Shown: positions 9,824 through 20,715 of the stretch, piece after piece
Position numbering within the stretch: the stretch's first letter is position 1
Layout: each line of letters opens with the position of its first letter
Source of the DNA: an uncultured Pseudomonadota bacterium
GTDB taxonomy: Bacteria; Pseudomonadota; Gammaproteobacteria; Burkholderiales; Methylophilaceae
Direction: 5' to 3'
Assembly: GCA_903876765.1 (NCBI GenBank)
Contig: CAIRBH010000006.1
Coordinates: 38,412 to 102,411, forward strand
DNA: 64,000 nt
Made by a program: the position numbers and the translations under genes
The notes under the pieces: model-generated
Database searches by the model: none
What the model was told of the DNA's origin: nothing
Seen by the model: only the letters and a program-made list of their open reading frames with translations

Positions 9824-12721
9824 ATGAACCAAGAGCAAAATAAAGAACAGAATAAATATAAATTAAACCTGCCAGAAACCACGTTTCCTATGCGTGGCGA
9901 TTTGGCTAAGCGTGAGCCTGCATGGCTACAAGCATGGACCGACAAAAAGCTCTATCAGCGCATACGCCAAGCCCGCAAAGGTAAGACTAAATTCATTTTG
10001 CATGACGGGCCACCGTACGCCAATGGCGACATTCATATTGGTCACGCCGTTAATAAAATTCTCAAAGATATTATTATTAAATCAAAAACCATGAGTGGTT
10101 TTGATGCCCCTTATGTGCCAGGTTGGGATTGCCACGGCTTACCGATTGAGTTGGTGGTGGAGAAAAACCACGGCAAAAATATAGACCCTGCCAAATTCCG
10201 TGAGTTATGTCGTGCATACGCCGCAGAGCAAGTCGAACGCCAAAAGAAAGATTTTATTCGCTTAGGCGTGTTGGGTGATTGGGATAATCCTTACCTGACG
10301 ATGGACTATAAAACCGAGGCCGACATCATGCGTGCCTTGGGTGAAATTCATACCAATGGCTATTTGTATCAGGGCAGCAAGCCGGTACATTGGTGCGTAG
10401 ATTGTGGCTCGGCGCTGGCTGAGGCTGAGGTGGAATATGAGGATGTAAATTCGCCTGCGATAGACGTGGGGTTTAAGGTGGCAGATAAGCCTGCTTTGGT
10501 TAAAGCCTTTGGCCTAGAATTGCTGGATTTTATTAAAGCCTTGGGCGATGTGTATGCGGTCATTTGGACGACAACGCCTTGGACATTGCCCGCTAACCAA
10601 GCGGTCAGTGTGCATCCTGAGCTAGATTATGACTTAGTGCAAACCAGCAAGGGCTTGTTAATCTTGGCTCATGATTTGGCGCAAGCCACCTTAGCTAGAT
10701 ACAGCGAGGCGGGTGCTAAAACGCTAGCCTCATGCAAGGGCGCAGTATTAAACGCCTTGCAATTACGACATCCGTTCGATAACCGCCAAGTGCCGATTAT
10801 TTGTGGTGAACACGTCACGACCGATGCTGGTACTGGTCTGGTGCATACCGCCGCAGCCCACGGTAATGACGACTGGTTGGTGATGCGCGCTAACTTTCCG
10901 CAAGAAAAACCACGTATTTTAATGGGTGGCGATGGCAAGTTTTTTAGCAGTGATTTGGTTGAGTTTGCCGAGATTCGCGGCCTGAGTCGTCAAGAAGCCA
11001 ACAAGGTGATTTTGGCGAAACTGCAAGAAAATGGTGTGCTGTTTGCCTCTGCGCGATTGAATCACAGCTTCCCACATTGCTGGCGTCATAAAACACCACT
11101 GATGCAATTGGCGACACACCAATGGTTTATTGGCATGGATTACTATAATCCACCTAGTGGAATTTCAAATGAAATGGAAATGAAAAATGCAGAAAAATTT
11201 CCGTCTCACTCGCATAAGAAACTGAGAGTACTTGCTAATAAAGCTGTCGATGAAACTAAGTTCTTCCCAAGCTGGGGACGTGCCCGCCTAGAGGCGATGA
11301 TTAAAAATCGCCCAGATTGGTGCGTATCACGCCAGCGCAATTGGGGCGTGCCTATGCCATTTTTTGTGCATAAAGAAACGGGCGAGCCACATCCACAAAC
11401 CCCTAATTTACTTGAAGCGGCTTGTGTGTTGGTTGAACAAACTGGCGTAGAGGCTTGGTTCAGTTTGGATGGACTGGCATTTTTGGCGCAACATGCGCCA
11501 GCTGATGCCGAAAGTTACAAAAAAGTCACTTATACCTTAGACGTGTGGTTTGACTCAGGCGCAACCCATGCGGCGGTGTTAAAGCGTCGCTCAGAATTGC
11601 AGTACCCCGCTGATTTGTATTTGGAAGGCTCTGACCAACATCGTGGGTGGTTTCAATCCAGCTTATTAACGGGTTGTGCGATTGATGGCCATGCGCCTTA
11701 TAGGGCTTTGTTGACGCATGGTTTTGTGGTGGATGGTGCGGGGCATAAAATGAGTAAGTCTAAGGGTAACGTGATTGCGCCGCAAAAGGTGATGGATAAC
11801 TATGGGGCTGATATTCTAAGGTTATGGACGGCTTCGACTGATTACTCTGGCGAACTGACTATTTCAGATGAAATTTTAAAGCGCGTGTCAGAAAGCTATC
11901 GCCGTATTCGCAACACTATGAAATTTTTATTGGCGAATATCGCTGATTTTGATGCCAATCAAGACCTATTGCCCGTGGGCGAATGGCTAGAAATTGACCA
12001 ATACGCCTTATATTTAACGCAGCAACTGCAAAAAGAAATTTTGGCAGATTACGATAAATATGAGTTTCATTTAGCCGTGCAAAAATTCGTCAGCTTTTGC
12101 TCAGAAGATTTAGGTGGTTTTTACTTAGATATTCTCAAAGACAGGCTTTATACCGCGGGAGAGACTTCGCACGCAAGACGTGCCGCTCAAAGTGCTTTGT
12201 ACCACATTACGCAATGTATGATGCGTTTAATGGCACCAATACTCAGCTTTACAGCTAATGAAATTTGGCAAACCTTAGGCTTAGATCAAGAGGCAACAGT
12301 GTTTGAGGAGGTGTGGTATGAATTACCAGCGCATGGTTTAAGCGATGCACAAATCACTGACTGGCAAAATATCATTGAAGTACGCACTTATGCCAATAAA
12401 GCCATTGAAGATAAGCGCAGTATTGGCGAAGTGGGTTCTTCATTGCAGGCTGAAATCGCAATTTTTGCCGATGGACTGCTTTATGACTCACTGGCGCGTT
12501 TGCAAGAGGCACTGCGTTTTGTTTTTATTACTTCCCAAGCAAAGGTGGAAAAACAAGTTGGTTCTGGCTTAAGCTTTAAAGTGGCCGCAAGTGCACACGT
12601 TAAATGTGACCGTTGCTGGCATTACCGTGCAGACGTTGGCTTAGATCAAGCACACCCAAAAATTTGTGGCCGTTGTGTGAGCAATTTGTTTGGTGCTGGT
12701 GAAGTGCGAACTTATGCGTAA
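9824..12721 (+). CDS. ileS: Isoleucine--tRNA ligase (type 1)
   Basis: [33 protein letters not shown]-terminal CDRC...CGRC zinc finger. Start moved to ATG 9824, just after the ribF stop. Confidence 0.98.
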   Translation: MNQEQNKEQNKYKLNLPETTFPMRGDLAKREPAWLQAWTDKKLYQRIRQARKGKTKFILHDGPPYANGDIHIGHAVNKILKDIIIKSKTMSGFDAPYVPGWDCHGLPIELVVEKNHGKNIDPAKFRELCRAYAAEQVERQKKDFIRLGVLGDWDNPYLTMDYKTEADIMRALGEIHTNGYLYQGSKPVHWCVDCGSALAEAEVEYEDVNSPAIDVGFKVADKPALVKAFGLELLDFIKALGDVYAVIWTTTPWTLPANQAVSVHPELDYDLVQTSKGLLILAHDLAQATLARYSEAGAKTLASCKGAVLNALQLRHPFDNRQVPIICGEHVTTDAGTGLVHTAAAHGNDDWLVMRANFPQEKPRILMGGDGKFFSSDLVEFAEIRGLSRQEANKVILAKLQENGVLFASARLNHSFPHCWRHKTPLMQLATHQWFIGMDYYNPPSGISNEMEMKNAEKFPSHSHKKLRVLANKAVDETKFFPSWGRARLEAMIKNRPDWCVSRQRNWGVPMPFFVHKETGEPHPQTPNLLEAACVLVEQTGVEAWFSLDGLAFLAQHAPADAESYKKVTYTLDVWFDSGATHAAVLKRRSELQYPADLYLEGSDQHRGWFQSSLLTGCAIDGHAPYRALLTHGFVVDGAGHKMSKSKGNVIAPQKVMDNYGADILRLWTASTDYSGELTISDEILKRVSESYRRIRNTMKFLLANIADFDANQDLLPVGEWLEIDQYALYLTQQLQKEILADYDKYEFHLAVQKFVSFCSEDLGGFYLDILKDRLYTAGETSHARRAAQSALYHITQCMMRLMAPILSFTANEIWQTLGLDQEATVFEEVWYELPAHGLSDAQITDWQNIIEVRTYANKAIEDKRSIGEVGSSLQAEIAIFADGLLYDSLARLQEALRFVFITSQAKVEKQVGSGLSFKVAASAHVKCDRCWHYRADVGLDQAHPKICGRCVSNLFGAGEVRTYA

Positions 12722-13184
12722 CTGGCTAGCACTGAGTGCGCTGGTGATAGCGCTGGATCTGTACACCAAGCACCTAATACAAGGCGCTTTTATGTATGGT
12801 GACAGCCTGACTATCAATAGCTATTTTGATTTGGTACGTTATCACAACGAAGGCGCAGCGTTTAGCTTTTTGGCCAAAGCTGGCGGTTGGCAAAAATGGT
12901 TTTTTAGTATTATTTCTATGGTCGCCATTGTGGTGATGGTTTATTTAATAAAAAAACACCGTGTCGAGAAGCTTTTTTGTTGTGGCCTGGCCCTAGTCAT
13001 AGGCGGCGCGGCGGGTAATCTTTATGATAGATTTACCTTAGGCTATGTGGTGGATTTTCTTAGCGTTCATTACCAAAACCACTATTGGCCAGCCTTTAAT
13101 GTGGCCGATAGCGCTATATGCTTAGGCGTAGGTTTGTTATTATTAGATAGCTTTAAATTAGATAGCATTAAAAAGCAAAAATAG
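12714..13184 (+). CDS. lspA: Lipoprotein signal peptidase II
   Basis: NEGAAFS, GNLYDR, VVDF, FNVAD motifs; ATG 12714 overlaps the ileS stop. Confidence 0.97.
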   Translation: MRNWLALSALVIALDLYTKHLIQGAFMYGDSLTINSYFDLVRYHNEGAAFSFLAKAGGWQKWFFSIISMVAIVVMVYLIKKHRVEKLFCCGLALVIGGAAGNLYDRFTLGYVVDFLSVHYQNHYWPAFNVADSAICLGVGLLLLDSFKLDSIKKQK

Positions 13185-13231
13185 TCCGCCACCTTACAAA
13201 AATTTAGCAATTCTAGCTTAGAGCTTTTACT

Positions 13232-13542
13232 ATGCCAGATTGGAAAAACCCATAGAAGCCAAAATTAGCCTTGCTAAATGAGGCGAAAAGCCAAGCGCCG
13301 CCAGAACGAGTAATTGCATTCCAGTTGGACAAACCCGAGTGAATAACTTCCCTGTGTTAGATCTGGGCATTAAGCCTAATATCCGCAAAACTGATTGCTC
13401 ATTACGCGTATTTGGCCTAGTAGAAAAAGAGCTTAAGTTTGATTGGGCAGCCATTAGCCCGTATGCAATACGGGTGGACATGGCCATTGATATTGAAGTG
13501 CGCACCAAAAATAATGGTGAAATCACCCTCATGTCACTCTAA
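13232..13542 (+). pseudogene. Degraded N-terminal fragment of a molybdopterin-dependent (sulfite oxidase-like) oxidoreductase
   Basis: ATG CCA GAT TGG AAA, then a 1-nt frameshift in an A-run, then PIEAKISLAK*(TGA)GEKPSAARTSNCIPVGQTRVNNFPVLDLGIKPNIRKTDCSLRVFGLVEKELKFDW. The P.GQ...FPVL..G...L.VFGLVE pattern is typical of that family's N-terminus; the catalytic remainder is missing. Confidence 0.7.
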
Positions 13543-14816
13543 TCTAGATTGCTCCAACTCAGCGGGTCAAATGGCCGACTTTGCTTTCGGAGTTCATAGT
13601 AAAGACCATTGGTTTGATTGCCGCCACTGTTGCCTACCGAGGCAATAGTATCGCCAGCGCGGACGGTGTCGCCCACTTGTTTTAATACCGCCTGATTGTT
13701 GCCATACAAGCTCATATAGCCATCGCCATGGTCCAAAATAATTAAATTACCAAACCCACGTAACCAGTCAGCAAATACTACCCGCCCCGTGGCGATAGAT
13801 TTTACTTCTGCACCTTCATTGGCTTTAATAAATAGGCCTTTCCAAGAGATGCCAGAATCTTCGCGGCTGTTACCAAAACGGTTGCTCACATCGCCGCGCA
13901 CTGGCAATCGCAGCTTGCCTTTGAGTGCCGCAAAGTTGCTGGAGTAGCGCTCTGGGCTGGGTTCTGCGTTATTGCTAAGGCTGCTCTGGCTAGGGGTTTT
14001 GCTGGTTTCAGCTGGCAAAGTGGCATTGGGTTTTGTTGCCTCATCATGCTTACTGAGCGTTTTTTTGCTGGGTGCTGGCGTATATCGCGCTAAACGTTCT
14101 ACCAATTGAGAAAGGCGTTTTTCATCGCGGCTTAACTTTTTAATTTCTACGCGTTGCTGGGCAATTTGTTGCGACAGGGTTTGCACTACTTTAGATTTGG
14201 CTTGCTTCTGGCTTTGCAACACGCGCCGCGCCTCTATTTGTCTTTGTTTTAATTCAGCCACTTCTTTGAGGGTGCTTGTAGTTTGTTCATTCAGCTGATT
14301 AATTTTATTCAGGTTACCTTGCATTTTATTAATCAATTCAGCGCGTGCTTTGGCAATGTAAGAGAAGTATTGAACATCACGGGCCATGGCGCTGGGGTGT
14401 TCATTTTGCAGAATAATCTGCGCGTAGCTTTGCCTGCCGTATATATATTGTTGATATAGCTGGCTGCTCAGCAGTTTTTGCTGCTCATCTAAGGCTAGGT
14501 TGGTGCTCATAGATTCAGACGCTAATTTAACCAGCAGCGTTTGATTTTCTTGCTGTTTTTGGCTCATTTCAAACAGTTTTTTGTTGGCTTGGCTGATGGC
14601 GACTTCACTTTCTTTTAAGGCGTCAGCCGCGTCTTGATGCGCTTCTTGTGTATGGTCTAGCTTCTTTTTCAGTGTTTCTAATTTTTGCTGTACCTCAGTT
14701 AAGGTTTGCTTGGCAGGCTCAGTTTTTGCTGCGGCATAGCTAGCCGAGCTAATCATTAGCAATGCCGCCAGCGTGGCCAGCCAAGTGAGATGTGGCCTAT
14801 AGTGAGATATATTCAT
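13539..14816 (-). CDS. envC: Murein hydrolase activator, coiled coil + M23 domain
   Basis: Signal peptide, long coiled coil, C-terminal M23 fold (GRVVFADWLRGFGNLIILDHGDGYMSLYGNN) with degenerate zinc motif; follows gpmI. ORF track starts at TTG 14825. Confidence 0.9.
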   Translation of the reverse strand: MNISHYRPHLTWLATLAALLMISSASYAAAKTEPAKQTLTEVQQKLETLKKKLDHTQEAHQDAADALKESEVAISQANKKLFEMSQKQQENQTLLVKLASESMSTNLALDEQQKLLSSQLYQQYIYGRQSYAQIILQNEHPSAMARDVQYFSYIAKARAELINKMQGNLNKINQLNEQTTSTLKEVAELKQRQIEARRVLQSQKQAKSKVVQTLSQQIAQQRVEIKKLSRDEKRLSQLVERLARYTPAPSKKTLSKHDEATKPNATLPAETSKTPSQSSLSNNAEPSPERYSSNFAALKGKLRLPVRGDVSNRFGNSREDSGISWKGLFIKANEGAEVKSIATGRVVFADWLRGFGNLIILDHGDGYMSLYGNNQAVLKQVGDTVRAGDTIASVGNSGGNQTNGLYYELRKQSRPFDPLSWSNLD

Positions 14817-14834
14817 GCGCTTCAATGTGCTTGA

Positions 14835-16403
14835 TTACTTAAACTGAACAAGATTTTTACCTGTCATTTCAGTAGGTTGCGCTACGCCTATCATATTTAA
14901 CAAAGTAGGGGCGAGGTCAGATAGCGCACCATCATTAGCCAGCGTTGCTTGGCGACCTATATAAATTAAAGGGACTTTATTGGTGGTGTGCTGGGTGTGG
15001 GGTTGATTGTTTTCAGCGTCAAACATTAATTCTGCATTGCCATGGTCGGCGGTAATGAGCACTTCGCCAGCCATGCTGAGCATGGCTTTGACTACACGCC
15101 CAACGCATATATCTAAAGCCTCAATCGCCTTAATTGCGGCTTCTAAGTTGCCAGTATGGCCAACCATATCACCGTTGGCATAATTGCAAATAATGGCGTT
15201 ATATTTACCCGACAAAATCGCCTCTTCTAGCCTGTCCGTCAGTTCAAATGCGCTCATTTCAGGCTGCATGTCATAGGTGGCTACTGGTGGTGAAGGCACT
15301 AAAACTCTGTCTTCGCCAGTAAATACGGTTTCTTCGCCACCATTAAAAAAGAAGGTGACATGGGGGTATTTTTCAGTTTCTGCAATGCGCAATTGGGTTA
15401 AACCCAGGCTAGACAAATATTCACCAAAAGTATTTTTTACAGCAAATGGCGGGAATATCGCAGTCGCTTTACTTTCTTTTACGTCATGCATGGTCAACGT
15501 GAAATAGCCTGATAGTTTTGGCACGTGACGACGGTGAAAACCGTCAAATTCTTCACTTAATAAGGCGTGGGTGAGCTGGCGTGCACGGTCAGACCTAAAG
15601 TTCATATAGACGACTAAATCGCCGTCTTCTAAGTGGGTATGTGCCTCACCTTCGGCTCTGATGGCGGTGCACTTGACAAACTCATCATTTTCGCCACGTG
15701 CATAAGCTGCTTGCAGCGCTTGTTCTGCGGTTGGGTAGCTAAATTCACCTATGCCTTCGGTAATCAGCGCATAAGCAGCTTCTACACGCGGCCAGCGTTT
15801 ATCGCGGTCCATGCTATAAAAGCGGCCACTGATAGAAATGATTTTTCCTACGCCTAAGGCTTTTATTTTCGCTTCCAGCGCAGCCAAATAAGGCGAAGCG
15901 CTGACAGGAGGCGTGTCTCGGCCATCTAAAAAAGCGTGCACATAGACTTTTGTTAAGCCGATTTTGGCTGCCATTTCTAGCATGGCGTGGATGTGCATAT
16001 GGTGGCTGTGTACACCGCCGTCAGATAGCAGGCCAAATATGTGTAGGGCTTTATTGTTGTGTTTAAGCTTGAGTAGGGCGGCTTTTAATACGGCATGTTC
16101 AAAAAACTCACCCTTGGCAATGCTGTTATTAATCCGTTCAAAATCTTGAAATACCACGCGGCCAGCACCAATATTCAGGTGGCCAACTTCTGAGTTGCCC
16201 ATTTGCCCATCTGGCAGACCCACATAATGCTCTGAGGCATTAATCAAGGTGTGCGGATAGTTGGCCCAAAGCCCGTCTATATTGGGTTTGTGTGCTAGTG
16301 CAATGGCGTTATCAGTAGACGCCTCTCGATAGCCAAAGCCGTCTAAAATCAATAGACATACGGCAGTTGTGTTTGTTGAACTGAGTTTTAATGGCGCTGA
16401 CAT
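14835..16403 (-). CDS. gpmI: 2,3-bisphosphoglycerate-independent phosphoglycerate mutase
   Basis: LLILDGFG, GQMGNSEVGH, AETEKYPHVT, DMVGHTG, ITADHGNAE. Confidence 0.98.
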   Translation of the reverse strand: MSAPLKLSSTNTTAVCLLILDGFGYREASTDNAIALAHKPNIDGLWANYPHTLINASEHYVGLPDGQMGNSEVGHLNIGAGRVVFQDFERINNSIAKGEFFEHAVLKAALLKLKHNNKALHIFGLLSDGGVHSHHMHIHAMLEMAAKIGLTKVYVHAFLDGRDTPPVSASPYLAALEAKIKALGVGKIISISGRFYSMDRDKRWPRVEAAYALITEGIGEFSYPTAEQALQAAYARGENDEFVKCTAIRAEGEAHTHLEDGDLVVYMNFRSDRARQLTHALLSEEFDGFHRRHVPKLSGYFTLTMHDVKESKATAIFPPFAVKNTFGEYLSSLGLTQLRIAETEKYPHVTFFFNGGEETVFTGEDRVLVPSPPVATYDMQPEMSAFELTDRLEEAILSGKYNAIICNYANGDMVGHTGNLEAAIKAIEALDICVGRVVKAMLSMAGEVLITADHGNAELMFDAENNQPHTQHTTNKVPLIYIGRQATLANDGALSDLAPTLLNMIGVAQPTEMTGKNLVQFK

Positions 16404-16562
16404 AATAGGTTGCCTTAAAATTTGTTTGAAGTTTAGCGGGGTAATATGACTATTTTAGCGTATTTACACGTAAAATCGCCTTATAAAATTTGTATGACAC
16501 GCTGATTGAATATAGAGACTAATCACTTGGTATTCAACCTATAAAAATGAGAGAGGAAATTT

Positions 16563-17114
16563 GTGCAATTTATTCAAAGTAATATCTTATTAATTGGTTT
16601 GGTTTTAGGTTCAGGGTTTATGTTGTTATGGCCTAGCCTTAAAAAAGGCGCTGGGGGCGTCGCTAATTTAAGTCCAGCGCAATCAGTTACCTTAATTAAT
16701 CGATCGCATGCTTTGGTGTTAGATGTGCGCGACGATGCAGAATTTGCTAGTGGACATATCGCCGAAGCCATGCACATCCCCCTAGCTAGCTTGGTAGCGC
16801 GCTTGGGGGAGTTAAAAAAATATCAAAATAAACCTATTTTAGTCAATTGTCAGCGTGGGATGCGTGGCGCTAAAGCCTGTGATATCTTGCGGGCTGACGA
16901 GTTTAGTCAATTACATCATTTGCATGGCGGTTTAGACGCATGGTTAGAGGCTAAATTACCTGTGGTAACTGGTGCTGCAAATAAAAGCGGTGCTAGCAAC
17001 TCAGCAACGGCCAGCAAAGCAAGCAAGAAGCCGCCTAAAGTGGCGGTAGTTGACGCTGAGTTTGTTGAGGCGGCTGATAAAACGACAGTAGGAAAAGAGG
17101 CCCCTGATGCCTAA
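16563..17114 (+). CDS. Membrane-anchored rhodanese-like protein (YibN-like) with ~47-aa C-terminal extension
   Basis: N-terminal hydrophobic segment, LDVR..EF..GHI, CQRGMRG loop, GGLDAW; precedes grxC-secB. GTG start. Confidence 0.88.
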   Translation: MQFIQSNILLIGLVLGSGFMLLWPSLKKGAGGVANLSPAQSVTLINRSHALVLDVRDDAEFASGHIAEAMHIPLASLVARLGELKKYQNKPILVNCQRGMRGAKACDILRADEFSQLHHLHGGLDAWLEAKLPVVTGAANKSGASNSATASKASKKPPKVAVVDAEFVEAADKTTVGKEAPDA

Positions 17115-17364
17115 TATTACCATCTATGCCACGGCGGTTTGCCCGTATTGCATCAATGCAGAACGCCTGCTAATTAGCAAGGGCGTGAAGGAGATTCATA
17201 AAATTCGTATAGATTTGCAACCAGAAAAACGCGATGAAATGATGCAAAGAACTGGCCGCCGAACTGTGCCGCAAATTTACATTGATGACAGACATATAGG
17301 CGGATTTGATGATTTGCGCGCCTTAGATTTAGCTGGTGGATTAGACGGCTTGTTGCAAGCTTGA
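17107..17364 (+). CDS. grxC: Glutaredoxin 3
   Basis: CPYC, TVPQI, IGGFDDL. Confidence 0.96.
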   Translation: MPNITIYATAVCPYCINAERLLISKGVKEIHKIRIDLQPEKRDEMMQRTGRRTVPQIYIDDRHIGGFDDLRALDLAGGLDGLLQA

Positions 17365-17469
17365 AATCTGGCCAGTAATCGCTGATAAGCAGTAATCTCT
17401 GATAAAATGACGTTTTTACCAAGCAACAATTCACTCAACCTTTTATTTAATTAGAAACTAAAGAAAATC

Positions 17470-17967
17470 ATGGCAAAAGAAGATAAAAAAGTAGCAGCAG
17501 CAAGCGAAGAGCAGCAACCACAACAAGCTGGCTTTAGCATAGAAAAAATTTATGTAAAAGATGCCTCATTAGAAATACCGAATGCCCCGCAAATTTTTAC
17601 TGATCGTAGTCAACCACAAATAGGCATAGAGCTAAGCAATTTTGCCCAACAGCTAGAAGCGAACGTGTTTGAAGTGGCAATTAAAGTCACGGTCACTTCA
17701 AAAATTGAAGATAAAACTGTATTTTTGGTTGAAGTGACGCAAGCGGGCATATTCCAAATCCGCAATGTGCCTGAAGAAAACTTAGAAATGATAGTCGGCA
17801 TTACTTGCCCTAACATTTTATTCCCTTACGCCCGTGAAGCGGTTTCTGATTTGGTGGTACGTGCGGGCTTTCAGCCAGTATTATTAAACCCAATTAACTT
17901 TGAAGCCTTATTTGCACAACAAAAACAACAGCAAGCAGAAGCCGCCGAAGCCGCAGCAAAACATTAG
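17470..17967 (+). CDS. secB: Protein-export chaperone SecB
   Basis: KIYVKDASLEIPNAP, CPNILFPYARE, PINFEALF. Confidence 0.97.
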   Translation: MAKEDKKVAAASEEQQPQQAGFSIEKIYVKDASLEIPNAPQIFTDRSQPQIGIELSNFAQQLEANVFEVAIKVTVTSKIEDKTVFLVEVTQAGIFQIRNVPEENLEMIVGITCPNILFPYAREAVSDLVVRAGFQPVLLNPINFEALFAQQKQQQAEAAEAAAKH

Positions 17968-17971
17968 TTTT

Positions 17972-18427
17972 ATGCCCTTACTCGGCAAAAAAAATCTGTT
18001 CGTATTATGTTTAGCGCTCATGCCAATTGCGGCTTTAGCGCTGGATTTTCGCTCAGTTGCCGTGCCTAAGGCGGTGCTTTATGACGCGCCCTCAAGTGCC
18101 GCCAAAAAAGTACTGTTGCTAAGCCAAAACTACCCTGTTGAGGTGGTGGTCAACTTGGGTGAATGGCTTAAAATACGGGACGCGCAAGGCAGCTTAAATT
18201 GGGTAGAAGCCAAGCAGTTATCAAGTAAGCGTACTGTTATGGTCACCGCTAGCAAAGCCGAAATTAGGCTAGCGGCCGATGCCAATTCTGCTTTAATGGC
18301 CACGCTAGAAAAAGACGTGCTGCTAGATGTGGTGGATGTAAAACTCAATAATGGTTGGCTTAAGATCAAACACAGAGATGGGATGACGGGCTATATGCTA
18401 GCTGCAAGCATTTGGGGTGTTGATTAA
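17972..18427 (+). CDS. Secreted tandem bacterial SH3-domain protein
   Basis: Signal peptide, then two repeats of the V/L...W.K(I)...G..GW/Y pattern. Start moved to ATG 17972 after secB. Confidence 0.85.
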   Translation: MPLLGKKNLFVLCLALMPIAALALDFRSVAVPKAVLYDAPSSAAKKVLLLSQNYPVEVVVNLGEWLKIRDAQGSLNWVEAKQLSSKRTVMVTASKAEIRLAADANSALMATLEKDVLLDVVDVKLNNGWLKIKHRDGMTGYMLAASIWGVD

Positions 18428-18462
18428 GTGGCTTTTTTTATTCAATGTTAAGGTGTAATTAG

Positions 18463-19467
18463 ATGGCAAAGATAGCGGTGCTAGGTGCAGGGGCTTGGGG
18501 TACAGCGCTTGCCATGAATATTAGCCAGCGTCATCAAGTGTCATTGTGGGCGCGCAATGCTGGCCATGTGTCTGGTATGCGTAAAGCCCGTGCTAATCCG
18601 CTATATTTGGGTGATTTTAAATTTAATGAGCAATTGCAGGTTGAGGATGATTTGCAAGCAGCCATTCGTGGTGCGGATTTAATTTTATCTGTCGTGCCTA
18701 CCGCAGGCTTTAGAGCCATACTTCAAGATATTAAAAAGTTAGGTTGTCAATTACCCATTATTTGGGCAAATAAAGGCTTAGAGCCGCACTCTGCTAAGTT
18801 GCCATACGAAGTCGCTTTGGAAGAATTAGGCAATCCTCAAGTCACAGGCCAGCATTGGGGCGCTTTGTCTGGCCCCAGCTTTGCTGCTGAATTGGTACGT
18901 GGCTTGCCGACCGCGGTGACGGTGGCGGCGGCTGATGAAGCATTCTCTAATCAAGCAGCGTTGCTGATACATGGCGCTAATTTACGTGTGTATAACAGTA
19001 CGGATGTGATCGGTGTCTCAGTGGGTGGCGCGGTGAAAAACATCATGGCGATTGCCGCTGGCATTTCAGATGGTATGGGGTTTGGTAATAATGCGCGTGC
19101 AGCGATGATTACCCGAGGTTTGGCCGAAATGACTCGATTTGGTTTGGCCTTGGGCGCTAGGTCAGAAACCTTTATGGGTTTAGCGGGTGCTGGTGACCTT
19201 ATTTTGACTTGTACTGGCCAGTATTCCAGAAATAGAGAAGTGGGTTTGCAGCTCGCCAGTGGTAAATCCTTGCCTGATATTTTGCATGGGCTAGGTCATG
19301 TGGCAGAAGGGGTGAATACCACCGCAGAAGTTATGCGTCGCGCCCATACCATGCAGGTTGATATGCCGATTACTTATCAAGTGGATCAGGTGTTGTCGCA
19401 TGGCAAAACTGCTAAAGACGCCGTGGTAGATTTATTAGGCCGCGAGCAAAAAGCCGAAGGTTTTTAG
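18463..19467 (+). CDS. gpsA: NAD(P)H-dependent glycerol-3-phosphate dehydrogenase
   Basis: GAGAWGTALA, LSGPSFA, KNIMAIAAG, GDLILTC, AEGV. Confidence 0.97.
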   Translation: MAKIAVLGAGAWGTALAMNISQRHQVSLWARNAGHVSGMRKARANPLYLGDFKFNEQLQVEDDLQAAIRGADLILSVVPTAGFRAILQDIKKLGCQLPIIWANKGLEPHSAKLPYEVALEELGNPQVTGQHWGALSGPSFAAELVRGLPTAVTVAAADEAFSNQAALLIHGANLRVYNSTDVIGVSVGGAVKNIMAIAAGISDGMGFGNNARAAMITRGLAEMTRFGLALGARSETFMGLAGAGDLILTCTGQYSRNREVGLQLASGKSLPDILHGLGHVAEGVNTTAEVMRRAHTMQVDMPITYQVDQVLSHGKTAKDAVVDLLGREQKAEGF

Positions 19468-19517
19468 TCTAGCGCCCAGTCATCAGAGTTTTGTCATCGC
19501 TGCTTTTTAAAGAAGGA

Positions 19518-19982
19518 TTAAACGCCAGCCTCAAAATCTATCTGTCGCCAAGCTTCATATAAGATGACCGCGGCTGAATTAGATAGATTCAAACTTCGAC
19601 TATTGGCCAGCATAGGTAGGCGCAATCGATATTCGGCGGTAAATTCATGGCGAATTTCTTCTGGTAACCCTCGCGTTTCTGGGCCAAATACAAACACATC
19701 ATCTTCCTGAAAACGCACGTCACTATGCCGTGTGCTGCCCTTGGTGGTCATGGCAAATAAGCGCTTGCCCGCCAAGGCGGCTTTGCAATCGGTCCAATTC
19801 TCATGTACTTTTAGGCTGGCGTATTCGTGATAATCTAGGCCAGCTCGTTTGAGTTGTTTGTCTTCTAACTTAAAGCCTAACGGTTTTACCAAGTGCAATT
19901 GCGCGCCAGTATTAGCACATAGGCGAATAATGTTGCCAGTATTAGGTGGGATTTCTGGTTCAAATAAAACAATGGTAAACAT
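19518..19982 (-). CDS. trmL: tRNA (cytidine/uridine-2'-O)-methyltransferase
   Basis: [31 protein letters not shown] (SPOUT). Confidence 0.97.
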   Translation of the reverse strand: MFTIVLFEPEIPPNTGNIIRLCANTGAQLHLVKPLGFKLEDKQLKRAGLDYHEYASLKVHENWTDCKAALAGKRLFAMTTKGSTRHSDVRFQEDDVFVFGPETRGLPEEIRHEFTAEYRLRLPMLANSRSLNLSNSAAVILYEAWRQIDFEAGV

Positions 19983-19995
19983 ATAGGCAGCGATT

Positions 19996-20715
19996 TTAGA
20001 GTTTTGGTAGTGTTCTTGCGACTACCCAGCATTCTACATGGCTGGCCCCTGCTTGTTTTAATGTTTTAGCTAATTCATTGAGGCTGGCGCCCGTCGTCAT
20101 CACGTCATCCACTATGGCGATACGTTTATTTTTGATGTTTTCTACTACATTGACCTTAAACACCCCTTTTATGTTTTTGACCCTATCTTTCAAAGGCAGG
20201 CTAGCTTGCGCAGGAGTGAGTTTTTGCCGTTCTACAGAGCGGTAATCTAGCTTTTTATGTTGAGTTTTTGCCAATACCTTAGCAATTTCTAGCGCCTGAT
20301 TGTAGCCACGTTCTTTTAATCTAACCCGGTGCATAGGCATGGGCATGATTATGTCTAGTTTTTCTGCGGATACTGTTTCAGCCAACATTTGCCCAAAAAA
20401 TTGACCTAGGTTTAACTTGTCGCCATATTTATAGGCTTGCATCATGCAGTTGACAGGGAATTCGTAGCTAAATACGCTGCGCGTCGCGTCAAAATAAGGT
20501 GGTGTGCTCAAGCACTGACCACAGATATTGCTATTTGCGGGTAAACCGCAGCGCTCGCAGTGTGCCGCACTATGCCAAGGTAAGTCTCTTAAACATTCAT
20601 TGCAAAGGCCAGTCTGGTTGGCTTTACGGCTGGCGCATAGCAAGCAATGCTGACCAAGCAGCCTGTTAAAGAACAAATGATTAATATTTAAGCTGATGTT
20701 CAAAGTTTGCCTCAC
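19996..20715 (-). CDS. comF: ComF family protein (zinc ribbon + phosphoribosyltransferase)
   Basis: CLLC...CNEC...CERC...[21 protein letters not shown]. Confidence 0.92.
   Translation of the reverse strand: MRQTLNISLNINHLFFNRLLGQHCLLCASRKANQTGLCNECLRDLPWHSAAHCERCGLPANSNICGQCLSTPPYFDATRSVFSYEFPVNCMMQAYKYGDKLNLGQFFGQMLAETVSAEKLDIIMPMPMHRVRLKERGYNQALEIAKVLAKTQHKKLDYRSVERQKLTPAQASLPLKDRVKNIKGVFKVNVVENIKNKRIAIVDDVMTTGASLNELAKTLKQAGASHVECWVVARTLPKL

Noticed and set aside
13230-13532. 100-aa minus-strand ORF as a real gene
   Set aside because: No recognisable motif, and it is the exact antisense of the oxidoreductase relic, whose family pattern is visible on the plus strand.
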